Source of the DNA: Phycisphaerales bacterium UBA854
GTDB lineage: Bacteria; Planctomycetota; Phycisphaerae; Phycisphaerales; SM1A02
Assembly: GCA_002295885.1 (NCBI GenBank)
Contig: DBGM01000002.1
Location: 9,623-73,622, forward strand
Length of the DNA: 64,000 nucleotides
Direction of reading: 5' to 3'
Part shown: piece after piece, positions 34,353 to 44,297 of the stretch
How positions within the stretch are numbered: the first letter of the stretch is position 1
Layout: each line of letters opens with the position of its first letter
Position numbers and translations under genes: made by a program
The notes under the pieces: generated by a model
Told to the model about the DNA's origin: nothing
The model's database searches: none
Seen by the model: the letters and a program-made list of their open reading frames with translations, nothing else

Positions 34353-34787
34353 TCAGATGCTCAGGTCGTGCATGGCCTGCGAGCCGTGCTTGTGATCGGG
34401 ACCGGAATACACCTTGAGTTTCTTGAACATGGCTCGTCCGAGCCTGGTCTTGGGGAGCATCCGCTTGATCGCCTGTTCGACGACCCGCTCCGGATGCTTC
34501 TCGAGCAGTTCGTTGGTGCTTCGCATGTGCAGCCCGCCGGGATAGCCGCTGTATCGCATGTGCATCCGCTGCTCACCCTTGCGTCCGGTCAGTGCGATCT
34601 TGGCCGCATTGGTCACGACGACGTAGTCGCCGGTATCGACGTGCGGGGTGTATTCTGGGCGATGCTTGCCCATCAGGATGGGTGCGATCTTCGCCGCGAG
34701 GCGACCGAGAATCTGACCGTCGGCATCGATGTGATGCCACTGTCGGGTCGTCTCTCCGGGCTTCATGAATGTCGTCTGGCGAGGCAT
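34353..34787 (-). CDS. rplM: 50S ribosomal protein L13
   Basis: ORF 34353..35147 trimmed to the ATG at 34785-34787. Sequence MPRQTTFMKPGETTRQWHHIDADGQILGRLAAKIAPILMGKHRPEYTPHVDTGDYVVV. Confidence 0.9.
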   Translation of the reverse strand: MPRQTTFMKPGETTRQWHHIDADGQILGRLAAKIAPILMGKHRPEYTPHVDTGDYVVVTNAAKIALTGRKGEQRMHMRYSGYPGGLHMRSTNELLEKHPERVVEQAIKRMLPKTRLGRAMFKKLKVYSGPDHKHGSQAMHDLSI

Positions 34788-35019
34788 GGTGCCACCGTTT
34801 CTCTCTGCATCGTGGTCTTGAAGATGAAACACCGCCCCACGGCTTGCGACCTTGAGGCGAAAGAGCGAGGATACAAAGCAGGCGAATCCTGTCAAGATGC
34901 CGACGCCCTTCAGGGTACCGATTTCGCCCTCCACCCCCGGTTTCTGGCCCGTCAGAGGGGGTTCGTCCGATGCCAGCTTGCGACCACCGCCGGTCGGTGG
35001 CTCCCGGAGCAGTTGATCG

Positions 35020-36498
35020 ATGCAGCAGTCGAATGATTCAGGAACCGGTCCGCTGGGGAGCGGGACCGCCTCGCCTCCGACCGGATTCCCCCGACTCGCC
35101 TGGGGGGCGATCATCCTGGTCGTCCTGTTGATCATCGGCCAGCACATCGCTTCCGACTCGACCGAGGCAGGTCGGGACTACCGCGCGAAGATCTCGCACA
35201 TCACGGAGCGCATGGAAGGACAGGTCATCGTCGGAGCCAAGACCCTGGGGCTTCGGGCCGCGGTGGAGTCGAGTCTTCGATCCTTCGAAGTCGGAAGCGT
35301 CGGTCGCCGCATCCGTGGAGTCGTGCTCATCGGTGAGGTGAACGGTTCGGACGCCGCGCAGGCGGCGCTGCTTCGTCTCGAGGTTCAGATGGACGAGGCG
35401 GGGGTCGAGCCCGATCCGGAACAGGCTCGAATGATGGAGCTGCTGGGACGTGTCTACGCCGGGCCACCGACCGCGGACTCGGTTCCCGGCGCGTTGGATC
35501 CCGAGGAGCAGGATGCCCTGGTCGGGCAGCTGGGCTGGTTCGGAGACATTGCGCTTCATCCCAGCGGGCGGGGGGCGACCTCCGAACGTTCCCGCTGGGT
35601 CTCGAAGGCCCGGGTCGTGATGATCGGCCTGGGCGTGCTGATGCTCCTGCTTCTGACGGGGTTCGTCGTCGGACTGGTCCTGCTGGTCGTCCTCATCGTG
35701 CTGGCGTGCCAGGGACGATTGCGTCACGGGATGGGTACCGCCTCGAGACAGGATGGTCTGCTGGCCGAGACCTTCGCGGTGTGGCTGGTGCTGTTCCTGC
35801 TCGTCCAGTACCTACTCGGGCTACTGTTCGAATGGATTCCCCAGCTTCAGGCCATCCAGCTGCTGCTGACGGGGGTCGCTCAGGGCCTGACGGCGGGAGT
35901 GGTCCTCTGGCCCGTGCTTCGCGGCGATCGATGGAGCCGGGTGCGACGGGCAATCGGACTGACCACCGGCCCGGAGGGGCGGGGCAGCTGGTGGCGCGAA
36001 ATCGGTTGGGGGCTCTGCGGCTATCTGATGCTGCTGCCGCTGCTGCTGGTGGGTGTGCTGCTGGTCGCTGTGACCCAGTGGGCGGTGACGGCATCCCCGA
36101 GCGGAACCGACTTCAGCCAGTCCGAGGATCCGGCCCATCCCATTCTGCTCTACGTCTCCGACGGTTCGCTCTGGACGATCCTGCAGGTCTACTTCGTGGC
36201 CGCGGTCGTGGCTCCGTTCCTGGAGGAGATCGTCTTTCGCGGTGTTCTCTACCGACAGCTGCGGACGGCCACGCATCGGTGGGGACTCTTCGGGAGCATG
36301 GCGTGCTCGCTGCTGGTGGTGTCGCTTGTCTTCGCCGCGATCCATCCCCAGGGCCTCATGGTCGTCCCCGCCCTGGCGACCATCGCCGTGGGCCTGGGGG
36401 TCATGCGCGAGTGGCGAGGTTCGCTGCTGGCGCCGATGGTCATGCACGGCTGCTTCAACGCGGTGCTGATCACGATGATGGTGGTGGTGACCCGCTGA
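35020..36498 (+). CDS. CPBP-family intramembrane glutamic endopeptidase (CAAX protease-like)
   Basis: Multi-TM protein with APFLEEIVFRGVLY (EExxxR), FAAIHP and VMHGCFNAV motifs. Confidence 0.8.
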   Translation: MQQSNDSGTGPLGSGTASPPTGFPRLAWGAIILVVLLIIGQHIASDSTEAGRDYRAKISHITERMEGQVIVGAKTLGLRAAVESSLRSFEVGSVGRRIRGVVLIGEVNGSDAAQAALLRLEVQMDEAGVEPDPEQARMMELLGRVYAGPPTADSVPGALDPEEQDALVGQLGWFGDIALHPSGRGATSERSRWVSKARVVMIGLGVLMLLLLTGFVVGLVLLVVLIVLACQGRLRHGMGTASRQDGLLAETFAVWLVLFLLVQYLLGLLFEWIPQLQAIQLLLTGVAQGLTAGVVLWPVLRGDRWSRVRRAIGLTTGPEGRGSWWREIGWGLCGYLMLLPLLLVGVLLVAVTQWAVTASPSGTDFSQSEDPAHPILLYVSDGSLWTILQVYFVAAVVAPFLEEIVFRGVLYRQLRTATHRWGLFGSMACSLLVVSLVFAAIHPQGLMVVPALATIAVGLGVMREWRGSLLAPMVMHGCFNAVLITMMVVVTR

Positions 36499-37576
36499 TC
36501 GTGAGGGTGGGGCGACCGGGATCCTGCATCGCCGAGATCGACACCTGCTCCGCGAGGTTCCGGCAGGCCTGCTCCAGCTTTCCGGTGATCTCGTCGTTGA
36601 TCTCGAAGTTTGCCAGCGGAGTGCCGGCGTCCGCATTCACCCGCATGTTCATGTGGATCGGAATCGCTCCGAGGAACGGGATGCTCATTCCCGCCGCCAT
36701 CTGTTCGGCGCCCCCCCGGCCGAAGATGTCGTATTCCTTGCCGTCGTCACCCACGAACCAGCTCATGTTCTCCACCACCCCGAGCACGTTGACGTTGAGC
36801 TGCTGGAACATCCGCACCGCACGACGTGCGTCGTCGATGGCCACCCGCTGCGGAGTGCAGACCACGACGGATCCGGTTAGGGGAAGGAGCTGGGCCAGCG
36901 ACAGGGGGACGTCGCCGGTGCCGGGCGGCAGATCGACGATGAGGTAGTCCAGCTCGCCCCAGTCGGTCTGCAGCACCAGCTGAGAGAACGCCTTGTGGGC
37001 CATGGGGCCTCGCCAGATCATCGCCTTCTCGGGATCCACCAGCTTGGCGATCGTCATGGACTTGATGCCGTGGACCTCGAACGGATCGAGGACGTTGCCG
37101 TTCGCGGTGGCCTGGATCTCGTCGAGTCCCAGCATGGTGGACATGGATGGTCCGTAGATGTCGCCGTCGAGCAGGCCGACCCTGGCACCCAGTCGTGCGA
37201 GTCCGGTGGCAAGGAAGGTCGAAACGGTGGATTTGCCGACGCCGCCCTTGCCGGCACCGACCGCGATCACATGCTTCACCCCCGGCAGCGGATTGGGCGG
37301 TGCGTCTCCGGCGGGCGTGGACGGGGGCGCCTTGGTGGTGAAGACGGTCTCCACCGGGATGTCGGTGCCCGCCTCCGAACGGATCGCCCCTTCGATGTCC
37401 GCCTGCAGCCGCGCACGGATCGATTCCTCGGGAGTCGGCAGCTCGATGCCGATCGTGACCCGATCGTCCTCCAACTGGATGTCCCTGATCATTCCAAGGG
37501 AGACCAGGTCCCGCTCCTGACCCGGGGGCAGAATCTTGGAAAGCGTCTGGAGGATGGCGTCGTGGGTCAGGGGCAT
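36470..37576 (-). CDS. apbC: Mrp/ApbC-type iron-sulfur cluster carrier ATPase
   Basis: Only the C-terminal 368 aa of the tracked 886-aa ORF. Begins MPLTHDAILQTLSKI (a DUF59-like region). Motifs AVGAGKGGVGKSTVS (deviant Walker A), DGDIYGPS and DYLIVDLPPGTGD. Confidence 0.88.
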   Translation of the reverse strand: MPLTHDAILQTLSKILPPGQERDLVSLGMIRDIQLEDDRVTIGIELPTPEESIRARLQADIEGAIRSEAGTDIPVETVFTTKAPPSTPAGDAPPNPLPGVKHVIAVGAGKGGVGKSTVSTFLATGLARLGARVGLLDGDIYGPSMSTMLGLDEIQATANGNVLDPFEVHGIKSMTIAKLVDPEKAMIWRGPMAHKAFSQLVLQTDWGELDYLIVDLPPGTGDVPLSLAQLLPLTGSVVVCTPQRVAIDDARRAVRMFQQLNVNVLGVVENMSWFVGDDGKEYDIFGRGGAEQMAAGMSIPFLGAIPIHMNMRVNADAGTPLANFEINDEITGKLEQACRNLAEQVSISAMQDPGRPTLTISGSPPPSS

Positions 37577-37657
37577 GCCGGGGGGATCCTGCGGGGATGA
37601 AGGGTGATCGTCAGCCGTACAATAATACCGGCAGAACCCCGCCCGAAGGAGTGCTCC

Positions 37658-38704
37658 ATGCACGGATTTCGATCCTCCAACCCGCTGCTTCCGCTTGTGC
37701 TGGTCGGATGCTGCACGGTGGCGGGGCACGCCGACGACGATCCGCCGTTCGATCCCACGTCGCCCGCGGACGTCGCCGAACGCAACGATGAGGAGGATTC
37801 GGGCGAAACGGATCTTTCGGGTCCCTCCGTCGAACCGCAGGGCGGCCGGCGTGGGGGGGGCGTTCCCGGCTCTCCCGGCGCCCAGCCCGAGCCCGGCATG
37901 CGCGGCGGTGGTGTGATGAACGTCGTCAACGTGCTGACCACCCACTGCGCCCGCTGCCACGGAGCCCAGCAGCAGAAGGGAGGGCTGCAGATCCTGCCGC
38001 TCGCCCAGCTCTTCACCGGTTCGCAGGACTACTGGGTCGTCCGTCGCGGTTCGCCCCGGGAGAGTGAGCTCTACCGACGTATCACGCTGTCCGCCTCGCA
38101 CGAGGAGATCATGCCGCCCGACGGCGAACCGATGTCCCCGGCGGAGATCGAAGTGGTCGCCGACTGGATCCGCTCCGGTGCTCCGACCGACGTGGAGCCG
38201 GTCCGTCGTCAGCGGGCCGTCCGCCCCCGCCAATGGTTTCAGCTGTACATGCAGCTCGAACTCGAACCGGCCCAGCGCACCGCGGCCCGTGATGCCATCG
38301 CGTCCTTCGACCGGGACAACCGTTCCTTCGAGCGTGAGTACCGGGATCGCATCGCCGAACTCCGTCGCATTGCGCAGTCGCCGGTCTCCGCAATGCGTTC
38401 CCAGGAGGACATCGATGCTGCGAAGTCGGAACTGGAACGTCTCAACGCCCTGAAGCGCAAGGCGGATGAGGTGCAGGCGACGTTGTGGGCGGGTCTGACG
38501 TCGTCCCAGCAGGAAGTCTTCAGGGAACGGCTCGCGAGGGCTGCGGCCCAGTCGAGGGACGGCGCCGGTCGTTCGAATCGTCGCGGTGAACGGGGGCGGC
38601 AGGAATCGGGCACGCTGACGCCCGACGAACAGCGCCGGCTCCGGGACCTCATGCGTCCCGGTCGGGATCAGGGTGATTCCGGAGGCGATTCCGGGGGCGA
38701 GTGA
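37658..38704 (+). CDS. secreted/lipoprotein-like protein with a PSCyt1 (planctomycete cytochrome c) module and an LTXXQ-type C-terminal region
   Basis: The ATG at 37658 follows AAGGAG. Signal MHGFRSSNPLLPLVLVGCC. Motifs HCARCHGAQQQKGGLQILPL, ESELYRRIT, IMPPDGEPMSPAEIEVVADWIRSGA. The helical C-terminus contains LTSSQQEVFRERL. Confidence 0.7.
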   Translation: MHGFRSSNPLLPLVLVGCCTVAGHADDDPPFDPTSPADVAERNDEEDSGETDLSGPSVEPQGGRRGGGVPGSPGAQPEPGMRGGGVMNVVNVLTTHCARCHGAQQQKGGLQILPLAQLFTGSQDYWVVRRGSPRESELYRRITLSASHEEIMPPDGEPMSPAEIEVVADWIRSGAPTDVEPVRRQRAVRPRQWFQLYMQLELEPAQRTAARDAIASFDRDNRSFEREYRDRIAELRRIAQSPVSAMRSQEDIDAAKSELERLNALKRKADEVQATLWAGLTSSQQEVFRERLARAAAQSRDGAGRSNRRGERGRQESGTLTPDEQRRLRDLMRPGRDQGDSGGDSGGE

Positions 38705-39633
38705 GCCGCGGATCCATTCGAGGGCAGGGCTTCGGCCAGTGCGTGCAGACGACTGAAGAGGTCGGCATTGTGCCGATCGAGTTCGCCCCACGACTCCTCG
38801 TCGCTCCAGCCGTAGGTGTCCCAGACCACGATGCCCGCCACCCGGTGGACGCCGCCGGAGGGATCGGTCCATTCGGCGGTCAGGATCGCCTGCGCATTGG
38901 CGAGGACTTCGTCGACGGGAATGAACCTGCTCCGATCGCCCTGCTGGCCGCAGTAGCGCGTGTTGATGAACACCCACACCGGCAGTCGGCCGCCGCAGGA
39001 TTCCAGGGCCCGGGTTGCGTACCGACCGAACTCGTCTGAGCCGCCTTCGGGATTGCAGTCGTAGGCGGCCGGGTACACGGCGCCCTGTCGACTCAGAAGC
39101 GCGTCGAGCGCCAGCCCCTGCGCCCGCCACTTCTCCGAGGTGTGTCGCATCGCGGGCAGTCCCCAGTAGCCCCAGTCCACGTCCGGTCTGAGTTGCTCGG
39201 CGATGACCAGTCCCTCGACGTAGACATCGAGGATCTCACGCAGTCGATCGGGTTCGATGGACTCCGCGGTCAGTTCGTCCCACCAGGGTTGTTCGTAATC
39301 GAGCACCGCGGGCATGGTTTGTTCGCGGGGGATCGTCCGATCGACCCATTCCGTGAACCGTGCGATGTTGTTTTCGCTGATGACGCCGTCGGCATTCGTG
39401 TCGACTCCACCGTGGTAGGCGATGGGAACAGTGGGGATTCCAAGTCGACGACAGGTCTGTCGGGTGAGGGCGCCCTGCCGTTCGATCTCGGTGTACTTGA
39501 TCCCGTCGAGCACTCTGGGGAAGGGGGCCGTGGGGGCCTTCGGGGCGGGGGCGGGCGAAATCGGGGGGTCGACGGCCGAGCCGGGGGTCACCAGCAGCGT
39601 GAGGAGCAGGCAGAGTGGGAAAAGACGTTCCAT
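38668..39633 (-). CDS. secreted protein with glycoside hydrolase family 56 (hyaluronidase)-like motif series
   Basis: Signal MERLFPLCLLLTLLVTPGSA. Colinear blocks AVLDYEQPWW (D-x-E), LRPDVDWGYWGLP, GAVYPAAY, LPVWVFINTRY and VAGIVVWDTYGW resemble IDFE/IDWE..WRP, RP..WG(Y/F)Y.(Y/F)P, ALYPSIY, LP..Y and G.(I/V)(I/V)W of GH56 enzymes. Confidence 0.6.
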   Translation of the reverse strand: MERLFPLCLLLTLLVTPGSAVDPPISPAPAPKAPTAPFPRVLDGIKYTEIERQGALTRQTCRRLGIPTVPIAYHGGVDTNADGVISENNIARFTEWVDRTIPREQTMPAVLDYEQPWWDELTAESIEPDRLREILDVYVEGLVIAEQLRPDVDWGYWGLPAMRHTSEKWRAQGLALDALLSRQGAVYPAAYDCNPEGGSDEFGRYATRALESCGGRLPVWVFINTRYCGQQGDRSRFIPVDEVLANAQAILTAEWTDPSGGVHRVAGIVVWDTYGWSDEESWGELDRHNADLFSRLHALAEALPSNGSAAHSPPESPPESP

Positions 39634-39739
39634 GGTGTCCGGGAAAGTCTAGGCTGAAGTCGGTCCATGCCGGATCTCCGGTGAGGATGATTTCGGGTTA
39701 AGTGGGCACCCTTGGAATGCCGACACCGCAAGAGGCCCC

Positions 39740-41122
39740 ATGGATCGCATTGAGCTGTATCTCGACATCGTCCCGATTCCCATCCTTCTGGCGGGGGTCG
39801 CGGCGGCGATCGTGGTGTACCTGGCGGTTCCGGCCCGGTACCGGCTCGTGATCGCCCTTTCGATCGTCCCGATCTGGCTGACCATCGGGCGGCTTCCGGA
39901 TCTGGGAATCATCTCGCAGGCGGCCAAGGTCTCGTCGGCGATGGTGTTCTTCCTGGTGGGGCTGGGCGCCTTTCTGCATCCGGGACCGCGTCGACAGCTC
40001 CCGACCCTGGTGTGGCTGTATCTGATCATGGCGTGCGTGATGTTCCTGTACGTCTTCCAGGTGCAGGACCGGATGCTCGCCATGATCCTCCGACTGCAGT
40101 GGCTGATGGTCGTGTTCGCCGCGATCATGCTCATCCGCACCGTCGTGACGTTCCAGGATCTCCAGCGGATCATCAACGGGCTGGCCTTCGGGTGCTTCCT
40201 TGCGCTGCTGCTTCCGTTGTCGGGCCTGATCCTGTTTCCCGGCGAGGCCTTCCTGCGTGGAGCCGGTCGGTTCCAGCCCTACGGGGTGAACTCCAACCAG
40301 ATCGGCATGCTCTTCGCGTTGTCGATTCCGCTGCTGTACTACAAGGCCATCAGCACCCGTGCCGTATCGTTGAAGCCGGTCATTCTCGGTGCGGTGGGAC
40401 TGAGTCTCGGCATGGCCCTGCTGACGGGCAGTCGGCAGACGCTGCTGGCCATCCTCATGGTCGGCATCCCCATCGTCTTCAAGCTGAGTCGTCGTCCGGT
40501 GATCACGCTGGTCGCTCTGGCGGTCGGGTTCGGTGCCATCACCTACGTGGTCGGTCTCGCGGAGAACACCGCCTTCGAGCGGTTCACCGAACTGGAGACG
40601 AATCGATTCGAGGTCTGGGGTGCCTACACCCGCGACGTCTACAGCCAGCGTCCGCTCTTCGGACTGCTTGGAGTCAACTCCGAGATGGCGTTCCGGAGTT
40701 CGGTCGTGGGGGCGCACCCGCACAGCGCTTACTTCAACCTGATGTACATGGGCGGTCTGTCCCTGTTCGTACCGATGATGATCCTGCTGTTCACGTCGCT
40801 CAGCTGCGCCTTCCGCACCTGGCGGATGCGGAACTTCATCGGTGCGGATCCGTTCCTGATCAGCATTCTCGGCATGCTGCTGGTGGCGATGTACACGCAG
40901 GGCATCTTCAATCAGGTCGTCTACTGGCCCACCTACACGTGGTCGATGGTCCACGTGATCCTGTCGGTCTTCTTCATCTCCATCGGCACCGATCTGAAGC
41001 AGCAGGATCCCGCCTGGGTGATTCCGGACCTCGAAGCGGAAGAGGTCTGGGACGACGAGGGGGAATGGGACGACGAAACGACGTGGGACGAGTACGACGA
41101 AACCGTCGTGCAGGGCTACTGA
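39740..41122 (+). CDS. O-antigen ligase/Wzy-type polymerase family membrane protein
   Basis: About 10 or more TM segments. Motifs NSNQIGMLF, LLTGSRQTLLAILMVG, RFEVWG and HPHSAYFNLMYMGG. Acidic C-terminal tail. Confidence 0.8.
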   Translation: MDRIELYLDIVPIPILLAGVAAAIVVYLAVPARYRLVIALSIVPIWLTIGRLPDLGIISQAAKVSSAMVFFLVGLGAFLHPGPRRQLPTLVWLYLIMACVMFLYVFQVQDRMLAMILRLQWLMVVFAAIMLIRTVVTFQDLQRIINGLAFGCFLALLLPLSGLILFPGEAFLRGAGRFQPYGVNSNQIGMLFALSIPLLYYKAISTRAVSLKPVILGAVGLSLGMALLTGSRQTLLAILMVGIPIVFKLSRRPVITLVALAVGFGAITYVVGLAENTAFERFTELETNRFEVWGAYTRDVYSQRPLFGLLGVNSEMAFRSSVVGAHPHSAYFNLMYMGGLSLFVPMMILLFTSLSCAFRTWRMRNFIGADPFLISILGMLLVAMYTQGIFNQVVYWPTYTWSMVHVILSVFFISIGTDLKQQDPAWVIPDLEAEEVWDDEGEWDDETTWDEYDETVVQGY

Positions 41123-42738
41123 ACCCGTCGGGTCCTGGCCCGATGCCACAGGGCGAGGATTCTGGCCCGCTCGGCTGGCTCGAGTCCGAGGAAGATTCCC
41201 AGCACGCCGTAGGCGACCGCGTACACAAGACAGCTCGGCAGCACGATCCACCACGGCACCGGATCCGTCCACAGCAGCACGCCGGCGTAGACCACGGTCG
41301 GAACGAGGGCCAGGACGGCGGGGCGGCACAGCGCTCCCAGAATGTCCTGCCACGTCGAGCCCAGCTGCTTCGCATTGGTGACCGGCAGCATGATCAGGTG
41401 GACGGACAGGAACACGACTCCGAAGGCGATGGCGGCACCGGTCCAGTTCCACGATGGGGGCAGCCATTCGATCAGCAGCCAGGCGATGAGCGGGTTGGCG
41501 ATCCCGCCGGCCAGCACGAGCGGGGCGTAGTGGCGGATGTGTCCGGCGCCGTAGAGCAGCTTCATCCATCCTTCGGAGATGGCCCGGCTCATCAGTCCGA
41601 TCACCATGATCTTGACGAGGATCACGGTGGCCGAGATCACCTCGCGGCCCGAGATCGGATCCGGATCCTGGACCGTCCGGCCGACCCACAGGCGAAGCAG
41701 CGGTTCCGCGAGCAGGAAGACGGTGATCGCAGCGGGGATCGAGACGTAGGCGTGGAGGCGGGTCGAGTGCCGCACCACCGAGCGGAACGCGGCCTTGGCG
41801 TCACCGGTGCTGAGTCGGGCGCTGACCGCATCGAGACCGAAGGTCAGGCCCAACGTCAGCATGCGCACGTAGCTCACCAGACGCATGGAGAGGCCGAAGA
41901 TGGTGCTTCCCCAGAGACCGAAGAACCCCAGCATGATCCAGACGCCGACGCGTTCGTGCAGGTTCATGGCGGTCACCACGGCGCCGTTCCAGCCGAAGGT
42001 GCCGATGATCTCGCGCAATGCGGAGCGGTCGGCGCAGCCGAGCTTCGGACGGAGTCGGGGATCCTGCCGCATGATCCGTCCGACCGCGACCAGGAGGATG
42101 AGCATCGACAGGGCTGCGACGCTGACCCCGTAGAGCTTGAGGCTCAACTCGACCTGATTGCTTCCGAGCACGATGAAGAGCACCACCGCCGACAGGAGGT
42201 AGGTGAACCGCTTGAGGGTGAACCAGATGTTGTTCTCGAGGAACCGCTCCGTCACCACGTACATGTTGTAGGCGGGGGCCAGCAGGATCAGCAGGCAGGT
42301 CGAGATGCCTTCGGCCACGAGAATCCACTGCCCGGCGGCGCGGAATTCGTCGGGCAGGGTGTCGAACGGCCAGATGGCCCGATGCACGAGCCACAGGAAG
42401 AGTGCGAAGACGCCCGCGGTGAGGAGGGCGATGCCGCCGCAGAGCACGAAGGCGGAGGCGTAGACCCGACGGAAATGGGATTCGGCGTCGACCGGAGCAT
42501 CCGGTGACTCCATCTCGTGCCAGACGGTCCCGAGTTCGCGCACCATCGAGTGCCGCATGATGTCCTGGAACATCGCCGCCAGGCCGGCGGAGGCCCCGAT
42601 GGCGACCAGCAGGCCGAATCCGTCGGTGCCCACCCAGGCGAACTGCACGGGAACCAGGATGAGGCCGATCACCAAGGTGGCCGTCAGGCGGCCGTAATTG
42701 GTGGTGATGCGGATGAGGCCTCGACGAGCTTCGGACAT
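41116..42738 (-). CDS. polysaccharide flippase, MOP/Wzx family
   Basis: ORF trimmed to MSEARRGLIRITTNYGRL (ATG 42736-42738). About 12-14 TM helices, with an overall pattern like polysaccharide biosynthesis (Wzx) exporters. Confidence 0.7.
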   Translation of the reverse strand: MSEARRGLIRITTNYGRLTATLVIGLILVPVQFAWVGTDGFGLLVAIGASAGLAAMFQDIMRHSMVRELGTVWHEMESPDAPVDAESHFRRVYASAFVLCGGIALLTAGVFALFLWLVHRAIWPFDTLPDEFRAAGQWILVAEGISTCLLILLAPAYNMYVVTERFLENNIWFTLKRFTYLLSAVVLFIVLGSNQVELSLKLYGVSVAALSMLILLVAVGRIMRQDPRLRPKLGCADRSALREIIGTFGWNGAVVTAMNLHERVGVWIMLGFFGLWGSTIFGLSMRLVSYVRMLTLGLTFGLDAVSARLSTGDAKAAFRSVVRHSTRLHAYVSIPAAITVFLLAEPLLRLWVGRTVQDPDPISGREVISATVILVKIMVIGLMSRAISEGWMKLLYGAGHIRHYAPLVLAGGIANPLIAWLLIEWLPPSWNWTGAAIAFGVVFLSVHLIMLPVTNAKQLGSTWQDILGALCRPAVLALVPTVVYAGVLLWTDPVPWWIVLPSCLVYAVAYGVLGIFLGLEPAERARILALWHRARTRRVQ

Positions 42739-42953
42739 GAAGACAGGGGCTCCTGTTGCTGACGATCTGAACTCTATCGTAGGGATCTGCCCGGGAGCCC
42801 GAAATACGGTCGGCAAGTAGTCTGGCAGACCCGAAAGGCGGGCTGATTCCCCCAGACGGAACGGTGCGAAACACCGGTTTTGCCATTTTCAGCGGCTCTT
42901 CTGGCTCCTGCATCGCACCTGAAGTACGTTCAGAGTGAGGAATCGAGGGTCAC

Positions 42954-44297
42954 ATGCACACCAGAGACCGGGGATACGGCATCACGATGCTGGCAGCGGG
43001 AGTAGTGTCCTGCCTGTCCGTGCATTCCGCGATCGCCCAGTCGGTCTTCGAACCCTATGTGCAGTACGCGACCGGGGGCTGGAACTGCACCGGCGTCTCC
43101 CTGGCCGACTACGACCTCGACGGCGACATGGACGTGTTCGCAAGCCATCGGAACACCAACAACGTGATCGTCATGCTCAACGACGGTACCGGCGTGTTCC
43201 AGCCCGGACCGGAGTGTCCGGTCGGATCGCTGCCCCGGTACGTGCGTGCGGGCGATCTCGACGGCGACGGCCGTCCGGATTTCGCGACCCCGAACTACAA
43301 CGGGTCCTCGGTCAGCATCGGGCTCCAGAACCCGCAGGGCCTGCTGGTTCCGCATCAGGAGGTCTCCGTGTACCGGCCCGCGATCCTGGAGATCGCCGAC
43401 ATGGACGGCGACGGCGACCGGGATGTCGTCGTGCCGCACTGGGACCAGTCCGCGTCGCAGCCCAGTGCAGCACCGGGTCTGGTGACGATCCTGATCAACG
43501 ACGGCACCGGCACCTTCAGCCCCGGTGCGTCCGTCCCGATCGGTGTCCAGCCCCGGGGAATGGAGATCGACGACTTCGACGGGGACGGATTTCCCGATGT
43601 CATCGTCACCAATCTCCAGTCGCACGATCTCGATCTCCTCATGAATGCGGGAGACGGCACACTGCTTCCGGCCACGGTGCTCGCCGGTCCGCTCGCGCCC
43701 CGGGAGGTCTGCACGGGAGACTGGAATCAAGACGGAGCGCTCGATTATGCGGTGGTGAGCAAGAACAAGAACGAGATCTTCTTCATGGTGAACGACGGGG
43801 ACGAGCAGTTCAGCGAGTACCAGTCGCTCGAGACCCAGTTCTCTCCCCACTCCTGTGCGGCCGGCGATCTGGACGGAGACGGCGACCTCGACGTGGTCGC
43901 CTCGCACGTCGGCTCGCAGCGGCTGTCCGTCTACGAGAACATCGGAACGGGATTCGCAGAGCCGGTCGAGGTGCTTTCCCCGAGCGGTGCGGCCGAGGTG
44001 CTCATCGGCGCCCTCGACGGCGACGATCGGCCCGACATCGTCACGGGCAACACGAACAACGCCACGATCTCCGTCCACATCAACGATTCCGACTGGAACG
44101 ACGACGTCGAGATCTTCTGTCGAGGGGACATCGATACCAACGAGGTGGTGGACGTGCTCGATCTGCTCGCGGTCATCTCCAAGTGGGGGGAATGCCTCGA
44201 CGAGTCCTGCCTGCGGGCGGACATCAACATCGACGGGACGGTCGACGTGCTCGACATGCTGCTCGTCATATCGCTGTGGGGTGACTGCAGTGTCTAG
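42954..44297 (+). CDS. secreted FG-GAP/VCBS-repeat protein with C-terminal dockerin-like double repeat
   Basis: Signal peptide ...CLSVHSAIAQ. Repeated DxDGDGxxD units (DLDGDGRPD, DMDGDGDRD, DFDGDGFPD, DLDGDGDLD). C-terminus GDIDTNEVVDVLDLLAVISKWG...ADINIDGTVDVLDMLLVISLWGDC. Confidence 0.85.
   Translation: MHTRDRGYGITMLAAGVVSCLSVHSAIAQSVFEPYVQYATGGWNCTGVSLADYDLDGDMDVFASHRNTNNVIVMLNDGTGVFQPGPECPVGSLPRYVRAGDLDGDGRPDFATPNYNGSSVSIGLQNPQGLLVPHQEVSVYRPAILEIADMDGDGDRDVVVPHWDQSASQPSAAPGLVTILINDGTGTFSPGASVPIGVQPRGMEIDDFDGDGFPDVIVTNLQSHDLDLLMNAGDGTLLPATVLAGPLAPREVCTGDWNQDGALDYAVVSKNKNEIFFMVNDGDEQFSEYQSLETQFSPHSCAAGDLDGDGDLDVVASHVGSQRLSVYENIGTGFAEPVEVLSPSGAAEVLIGALDGDDRPDIVTGNTNNATISVHINDSDWNDDVEIFCRGDIDTNEVVDVLDLLAVISKWGECLDESCLRADINIDGTVDVLDMLLVISLWGDCSV

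Noticed and set aside
36470-39130. An 886-aa ORF that would be the largest gene in this region.
   Set aside because: Only the C-terminal 368 aa (from MPLTHDAIL, ATG 37574-37576) look like a protein (Mrp/ApbC). The upstream part is a low-complexity shadow of the plus-strand PSCyt1-LTXXQ gene and overlaps the GH56-like gene.
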